A model generated the notes under the pieces. The model was not told the origin of the DNA. It was given only the letters and a program-made list of their open reading frames with translations, and did no database searches. A DNA stretch of 64,000 nucleotides from a virus, in IMG/VR virus record IMGVR_UViG_3300027797_000019, positions 33,024-97,023 of that record, one strand, 5' to 3'. Positions 59,129 through 64,000 of this stretch are shown piece after piece. Both the position numbers and the translations under genes were made by a program. Position 1 is the stretch's first letter. Every line of letters begins with the position of its first letter.

Positions 59129-59644
59129 ATGGCACTTAAAATTACAGCTCAAATCGGTACCGATCAGGGTATTACCAGCGAAGCGTATGTGCGTATTATG
59201 TCTTACCAGATTAACAAAATTGGTAACGCATACTTCAACATTCAGCTTTTAAAATCTGAGGAAGATGCTATAGAAGTATCTGCTTCAGGTCCTTTAGCTA
59301 TTGCGGGTCAAACAGCAAGAAATGCGCAAATTGGTGACAACTTGTTTGTTCCTATGACAAAAGTGATTACAGTAACTCAAACTGTAAAACGCAGTGTTCC
59401 TGAAGAACAACAAGTTACTGAGACAATCACTGTCCCTCCTGCAGAAGAAGGCGGAGAACCTACAACTCAGACAGTTACAAGAACTCAAACTGTGTTTGTA
59501 GAGAAAGATGTTGAAGAAAGCATCGAGAAAACTGTTCCCGATCTGTCAGCAGCTGAAGGAATTGATATTTTTGAATTTGGTTACTCTAAACTCAAAGAGA
59601 AACTTGTGGGTCTTTTTGGTGAAGAGAGCGTACTTGATTGCTAA
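59129..59644 (+). CDS. Hypothetical protein (possibly tail-fibre assembly related)
   Basis: 171-aa ORF with A-rich initiation region; T/V/E-rich central hairpin. Confidence 0.55.
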   Translation: MALKITAQIGTDQGITSEAYVRIMSYQINKIGNAYFNIQLLKSEEDAIEVSASGPLAIAGQTARNAQIGDNLFVPMTKVITVTQTVKRSVPEEQQVTETITVPPAEEGGEPTTQTVTRTQTVFVEKDVEESIEKTVPDLSAAEGIDIFEFGYSKLKEKLVGLFGEESVLDC

Positions 59645-59646
59645 AA

Positions 59647-59784
59647 ATGGCAGCAAAGAAAGGATCAATAGGTTCTGTTAAAGCTGCTAAAGTGACTTTT
59701 GGAAAGCGCAAGCAAGGAAGTCATGCTAAAAGCTACAACAAGCACAACCGAAAAGAAAAAAATTATAGGGGTCAGGGTAGATAA
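59647..59784 (+). CDS. Small basic protein with C-terminal YRGQGR motif (not in ORF track)
   Basis: MAAKKGSIGSVKAAKVTFGKRKQGSHAKSYNKHNRKEKNYRGQGR*, 45 aa, starts 2 nt after the previous stop. Confidence 0.75.
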   Translation: MAAKKGSIGSVKAAKVTFGKRKQGSHAKSYNKHNRKEKNYRGQGR

Positions 59785-59795
59785 TACCCTGATTC

Positions 59796-59827
59796 TTTGT
59801 TTAAATTGTAGAACTCTCGTATATTTG
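59796..59827 (+). promoter_or_regulatory. Bacteroidota housekeeping-sigma promoter (-33/-7)
   Basis: TTTG (59796-59799), 20-nt spacer, TATATTTG (59820-59827); matches TTTG-N19-21-TAnnTTTG. Confidence 0.7.
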
Positions 59828-59855
59828 TAGAGTTAACAAATCTAAAAATACGTAT

Positions 59856-60275
59856 ATGGAAACAGTAAAAACCAGTCTAACTCTAGAAGAGATTATCTTC
59901 CTGGAAGCAGAAATTGGTGGCGTTGCTAATGAAACAGGGATTGTTTCTAAAGGATTGCTCCAACACAAGCTTTCAATTGCTACAAAGTATCACTTGAATA
60001 AACTCTTGACTTCTTTACAAGAAGACAAAAAGTATATTGGTGAACAGCGTAATGAACTAATTAAGTCTTTAGGAACGGAATCTGAAGAGGGATCTTTTGA
60101 GATCAAAAACGAAATTGATGGTGAATTAAATCCCAATATTATCGAATTCCGTAAACAATGGGATGAGCTTATGAAAACTCAGCGCGAAGTTGAACACATT
60201 AAGCTGAGCATTGACGAATTCAAAGATATTGAAACTGAATCGAACTTTTCAGTTCTTTTCAAGTTGTTAGGTTGA
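59856..60275 (+). CDS. Hypothetical helical protein
   Basis: 139-aa acidic helical ORF (KLSIATKYHL...RNELIK) between a promoter and a terminator. Confidence 0.6.
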   Translation: METVKTSLTLEEIIFLEAEIGGVANETGIVSKGLLQHKLSIATKYHLNKLLTSLQEDKKYIGEQRNELIKSLGTESEEGSFEIKNEIDGELNPNIIEFRKQWDELMKTQREVEHIKLSIDEFKDIETESNFSVLFKLLG

Positions 60276-60300
60276 TTCATGGTGATGTGTTAGTAAATGG

Positions 60301-60330
60301 AAAACCCCGGTGATGCTGCCGGGGTTTTTT
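60301..60330. terminator. Bidirectional intrinsic terminator between convergent transcription units
   Basis: AAAACCCCGGT-GATGCT-GCCGGGGTTTTTT. Confidence 0.85.
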
Positions 60331-60359
60331 ATTCCACTAATTCTAACAAAACATGAGCA

Positions 60360-60980
60360 TCAAAATACAGTAACAGCAAATTGCTGTGTCTCAGCAATTT
60401 CATCTCCGTCGAGTATGCGTTGACAATAATTAGCTAAGACAGATGTGACAATCTTGTGAGCATCAGACTTACTTATAAAGTATTGACAATATTTTAAGTA
60501 AGCGGGATTTGTCTCATTGATGTACAAGTCGGTTGCTTTCATTACAATATCCCAATTAAATTCAGGATATTCGCTAAAGAACCATACAAATCTTTGCATT
60601 ACATCACGACCATTACCACGATATCCACCACCTTTAGGGAATTTCTTTTGAAATTCTGAAATTTTTAGCGCCCATTCTTCTTTCTGAGAGGTATTTAGTG
60701 CCTGTTTTTTAAGTTTTGCGCTCAATATTCCTTCCATTTCTTCCACAAAAGCTAAACCTTTTGATGTTAGCTCAAATTTTCTAGCTTGAACAAAATTGTC
60801 TTCATCACGGATTTCAACCTGACGAATAAATTGGGCATCAACTAATTTGCTATACTCCGCCATATCTGGGAAATATGCTCTATAAGAAACGTTCTTATAG
60901 ATAGAATACAATACACACCATGAATTGGGTGTAATTCCTGATTTAAATAAATGATTGAATAACTTTTCTTGTAATATCAT
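60360..60980 (-). CDS. Hypothetical protein, possible winged-helix DNA-binding/replication protein
   Basis: Probable ATG start at 60980 (MILQEKLF); L.DAQFI...FELTSKG wHTH-like wing; YLKYCQYFISK C-terminal domain. Confidence 0.5.
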   Translation of the reverse strand: MILQEKLFNHLFKSGITPNSWCVLYSIYKNVSYRAYFPDMAEYSKLVDAQFIRQVEIRDEDNFVQARKFELTSKGLAFVEEMEGILSAKLKKQALNTSQKEEWALKISEFQKKFPKGGGYRGNGRDVMQRFVWFFSEYPEFNWDIVMKATDLYINETNPAYLKYCQYFISKSDAHKIVTSVLANYCQRILDGDEIAETQQFAVTVF

Positions 60981-61007
60981 AGTTATAAATTGAATGCGTT
61001 TGGTTTT

Positions 61008-61041
61008 AAAAAAACTTGAGGTCATATATTGCGACCTCAAG
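61008..61041 (-). terminator. Intrinsic terminator after nrdA
   Basis: Minus strand CTTGAGGTC-N9-GACCTCAAG-TTTTTTT. Confidence 0.8.
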
Positions 61042-61053
61042 CTCTTTTAGAAA

Positions 61054-62700
61054 TTAACCTGCGCAAGACTCGCAGCTAAGAATATCTCTTGCAAACTCTT
61101 GTGCAGCATTTTGACCTAGTTGATAATATAAGGTCTTAATACCAAGCTCATGAGCTTTTAAAAGAATAGTGTTAATGTCCCGAGTAGGGGTTGCAGGATG
61201 AACCATAAGATTTAATGACTGACCCTGATCAATAAACTTTTGTCTCTGAGACGCCTGAATGATAATTTCCATCTGAGAGATTTCCATAAACGTCCTGAAA
61301 ACTAGTTTTTCTTCGTCTGAGAAAAAACTTAAATGTTGAACACTACCGGCTCTCTGTAAGATGGATTCCCATACATCCATTGTGTCTTTACCTTTCTCAC
61401 TTAGAAGCTCTTTTAAGTACGGATTTTTAACGGCGTGCTTGATTTTAGCTGTCTTTTTGATATAGTAATTAGATGTATAAGGTTCGATTGACTGCGACTG
61501 TTGTCCCATAATAAACGATGACGATGTATTTGGAGCTACTGCTGTCAGTGTTGCATGACGTCTACCATATCCTTTTAGAGCTTCGGGTTCACCATAAAGC
61601 TCAGCCATCTCTTTAGATGCAGCCCATGCTTGTTTCTGAATAGTCTGAAAAATTTGAGTATTCAAGAATTTTGCAGGAAGTGACTCAAATGCAATCATGT
61701 GACTTTGTAAATAAGAGTGGTAACCTGAAGCACCAATTCCTATAGCTCTGTGTCTTTCAGCAAAACGAATAGCTCTGGATACAAATGGTGTTTCTCTATA
61801 CCTGTCAATAAACTCCTGCAAAACAGCATCAGCTATATAAACAGCAATTCTCACAGCATCTGTATCTTTCCACTCATCAAACTTAACCAGGTTCATTCCA
61901 ACCAGGTCGCATACAAATGACTCTTCCTCTGTAGAAGGAAGAAGGATTTCTGTGCACATATTTGAAGAGTTGATTCGAGCGCCACTGTCTTTGTAAACGT
62001 CTACTGTGTTATTGTTTACATTATCTGTGTAGAAAATATAAGGGAATCCTGTACGATTTCTGGAGTCAATAACCATTGCCCAAAGCTCGCGTTTATCCAT
62101 ATCTCCTGCTTTCATGTCTTCCAACCATTTGTCAGAAACACAAACACCAAAGGGAAAACGCTGTAGTTTATGACCTTCAGCGTTAATACGTAAGAAATCT
62201 TTGACATCGCCGTGCGTAATATCCAGGTAAGCAGCAAACTCACCTCTGCGAACATTGTTCTGAGAAATTACATTTTTGGTAGTGTCAAACATTTGCATAA
62301 AATGTACAGCACCATAAGTCTCTCCGCCGGTAGAAATTTTGCTACCAGCGGGTCGAATTTCACCAAAGTATCCTGATGTACCACCCCCAATTTTACACAG
62401 CATACCTACTTCAGCATTTCCTCGTATAATAGATTCAATGCTATCACCAACATGTGTATTAAAGCAGGAAATACCAGAACCTCTTCCAGCTCCGACGTTG
62501 CTCCATACGGGTGACGGCAATACATAGTAACCGTTTTCTATATATTCTTTAACCTTGGATTCAATTTCTTTACTCTTATACGTGTCACCCACAAGTTTAG
62601 CAATTGCATCAATTCTATCAGATATAGTACTATCATTATGAAAATATCCTCTTCCCATAAACTCCTCACTTAAGGGAGTATACCAGTCCATTTTTGCCAT
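61054..62700 (-). CDS. nrdA: Ribonucleotide reductase class I alpha subunit (short, no ATP cone)
   Basis: ISCF, GGGTSG, SNMCTE, VAPNTSSS, DQGQSLN, KTLYY, C-terminal CESC. Confidence 0.95.
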   Translation of the reverse strand: MAKMDWYTPLSEEFMGRGYFHNDSTISDRIDAIAKLVGDTYKSKEIESKVKEYIENGYYVLPSPVWSNVGAGRGSGISCFNTHVGDSIESIIRGNAEVGMLCKIGGGTSGYFGEIRPAGSKISTGGETYGAVHFMQMFDTTKNVISQNNVRRGEFAAYLDITHGDVKDFLRINAEGHKLQRFPFGVCVSDKWLEDMKAGDMDKRELWAMVIDSRNRTGFPYIFYTDNVNNNTVDVYKDSGARINSSNMCTEILLPSTEEESFVCDLVGMNLVKFDEWKDTDAVRIAVYIADAVLQEFIDRYRETPFVSRAIRFAERHRAIGIGASGYHSYLQSHMIAFESLPAKFLNTQIFQTIQKQAWAASKEMAELYGEPEALKGYGRRHATLTAVAPNTSSSFIMGQQSQSIEPYTSNYYIKKTAKIKHAVKNPYLKELLSEKGKDTMDVWESILQRAGSVQHLSFFSDEEKLVFRTFMEISQMEIIIQASQRQKFIDQGQSLNLMVHPATPTRDINTILLKAHELGIKTLYYQLGQNAAQEFARDILSCESCAG

Positions 62701-62701
62701 A

Positions 62702-63676
62702 TTAAAAGAGATCTTTACTTGTTATTGATTTTTGAAATTTGGTGTAGTTTGTTCCTTGTGTATTGAAAAAGTCATTACGAACATATCCGTAGATTGCCTC
62801 AACCATCCAATAGAGTTCAGACAATACTGTTTCGTTTATTTCGAATAATTCTTCCCCACCTATAGCGGTAAGAGAGTTATTGAAACGATTTTTGATAAAC
62901 TCTACAACAGCTTCTTTAGATACGGTGTCTATTTCCCCTTCTTCAAATATCCAGTCAATGATTTTTACCTCAGCATCAAAAGCTTTTTTACATGCTCGGT
63001 AAATTTTATCATAGAAATCTTGATCAAACCATTCAGGGTACTCTTTTTTAATAAGATTAATTACGTGCATACCCAATTGAGCATGGATAATTTCTTCTTT
63101 CATGGTGGCTTCAATGACTGTGTCCACTTCTTTAAGAAGATTTTTTTTCTCAATAAAGGATTTGACAATAGCAAATTGACTGAACAGAGATACGTTTTCA
63201 ATGAACATAGAGAATAACGCTAGATTAAGCGTATATACTTGTTTAGCATTATCACCACTGTTTTTTAAGTACTTTGTCAAGTAGTCAACCCTTCCTCCAA
63301 TAACGGGGTTTTGTAAGAGTAGGTCAAACTCACTGTTAAATCCTAGTACTTCTAGAAGCTTTGAATATGCTTCTGAATGGACCACTTCATTTTCAGCAAA
63401 CGTGATTCCTACTGCATTAAATTCTGGTTTAGGGATGTGCTCTCCTAGTTTAGCCCAGAAGGTCTTTACGCTAATCTCAATCTGAGAAATAGCTAGAAGA
63501 GTTCTTTTAATAGCTTCTTTTTCTGGAACAGAAAGCTTGTGTTTAAAATCATAGGCGTCGCTGTCAAAGTTAAATTCTTCAACATCCCAGCGACTGTGTT
63601 TAATTGCATCCCTGTACTTAATAATTTCAGGATACTCATACGGCTTAAAAGCGATACGCTTGTCAAAAATTCCCAT
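62702..63676 (-). CDS. nrdB: Ribonucleotide reductase class I beta subunit (class Id-like)
   Basis: KPYEYP, W30, E67/K71, E97-x-x-H100, Y104, E160, E195-x-x-H198, DFF C-terminal motif. Confidence 0.95.
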   Translation of the reverse strand: MGIFDKRIAFKPYEYPEIIKYRDAIKHSRWDVEEFNFDSDAYDFKHKLSVPEKEAIKRTLLAISQIEISVKTFWAKLGEHIPKPEFNAVGITFAENEVVHSEAYSKLLEVLGFNSEFDLLLQNPVIGGRVDYLTKYLKNSGDNAKQVYTLNLALFSMFIENVSLFSQFAIVKSFIEKKNLLKEVDTVIEATMKEEIIHAQLGMHVINLIKKEYPEWFDQDFYDKIYRACKKAFDAEVKIIDWIFEEGEIDTVSKEAVVEFIKNRFNNSLTAIGGEELFEINETVLSELYWMVEAIYGYVRNDFFNTQGTNYTKFQKSITSKDLF

Positions 63677-63709
63677 ATTCTTAGAGTTTTGTTAGTTGCA
63701 TATAGAGAC

Positions 63710-63754
63710 AAAAAGACCTCCCACGTCCCGTAAAACAGAAGGACATGAAGGGTC
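63710..63754 (-). terminator. Terminator-like hairpin in the nrdB 5' region
   Basis: Minus strand GACCCTTCATGTCC...GGACGTGGGAGGTC followed by a T run. Confidence 0.5.
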
Positions 63755-63770
63755 AATAAATAAATTGGAG

Positions 63771-63786
63771 TTACATATATAATTTA
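63771..63786 (-). promoter_or_regulatory. Putative phage promoter motif facing nrdB
   Basis: Minus strand TAAATTATATATGTAA. Confidence 0.4.
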
Positions 63787-63954
63787 CAAAGTTCTACAGG
63801 AAGTCTTGTTCGTTTGTGCATGAATTTTTTTGAATTTTTCATGCAGAAACTACAAACACTTCTTTTACAGTACATTGAAATCATAGGGGTGAATTATTTT
63901 TTACTAAAGGTCTACAAAGTAAACGAATTTCTTGGAGAACTCGAAACTATTGGG

Positions 63955-63970
63955 TATATTTTATATGAGG
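63955..63970 (+). promoter_or_regulatory. Putative phage promoter motif facing out of the window
   Basis: TATATTTTATATGAGG, preceded by CTTGGAGAA as in the 59088 copy. Confidence 0.4.
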
Positions 63971-64000
63971 GAGGTGGTAGAATTATTAAAATTTTTTACA

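Noticed and set aside
60981-61040. TTG start at 61040 for the minus-strand ORF
   Set aside because: The extension runs through the nrdA terminator; the ATG at 60980 has a better A/T-rich context.
61054-63676. Introns or inteins in nrdA/nrdB
   Set aside because: Both are compact and continuous with motifs at normal spacing.
517-63756. Numerous 60-130 aa antisense or alternate-frame ORFs in the track
   Set aside because: They overlap long, well-supported genes and show no recognisable motifs; shadow ORFs.
1-64000. CRISPR array, tRNA or rRNA genes
   Set aside because: No regularly spaced repeat-spacer units; intergenic gaps are short and I saw no cloverleaf signatures (no scan run).
1-64000. 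Active stop-codon reassignment as in some crAss-like phages
   Set aside because: Genes up to 11 kb are uninterrupted in the standard code with near-complete coding density.

Overview
The whole window is a gene-dense, AT-rich segment of a large Crassvirales (crAss-like) phage genome. It reads in the standard code and very likely infects an aerobic Bacteroidota host. + strand (2-60275): Cys-rich FN3/thrombospondin-repeat surface-fibre cluster, metallophosphoesterase, IHF/HU-like protein, two ring/tail-tubular proteins, HExxH protein, muzzle (tail stabilisation) protein, several cargo/ejection proteins, a 3650-aa virion RNA polymerase (DLDID), a 2232-aa zincin-like/PD-(D/E)XK protein, then a tail-fibre module with two giant S74-chaperone fibres. 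- strand (63676-60360): nrdB-nrdA with class Id (Mn/superoxide) signatures plus a hypothetical gene, converging on a bidirectional terminator. Two observations stand out. (1) FN3 domains are split across consecutive genes: the first beta-strand and its Cys sit at the C-terminus of the upstream gene, suggesting a pilus-like, donor-strand-complemented, disulfide-locked virion filament with TSP1 repeats. (2) A 1364-aa cargo protein is built from small unrelated modules separated by about 16 x-x-x-G-G motifs, suggesting a proteolytically processed polyprotein. All family calls are from motif recognition only; no searches were run.
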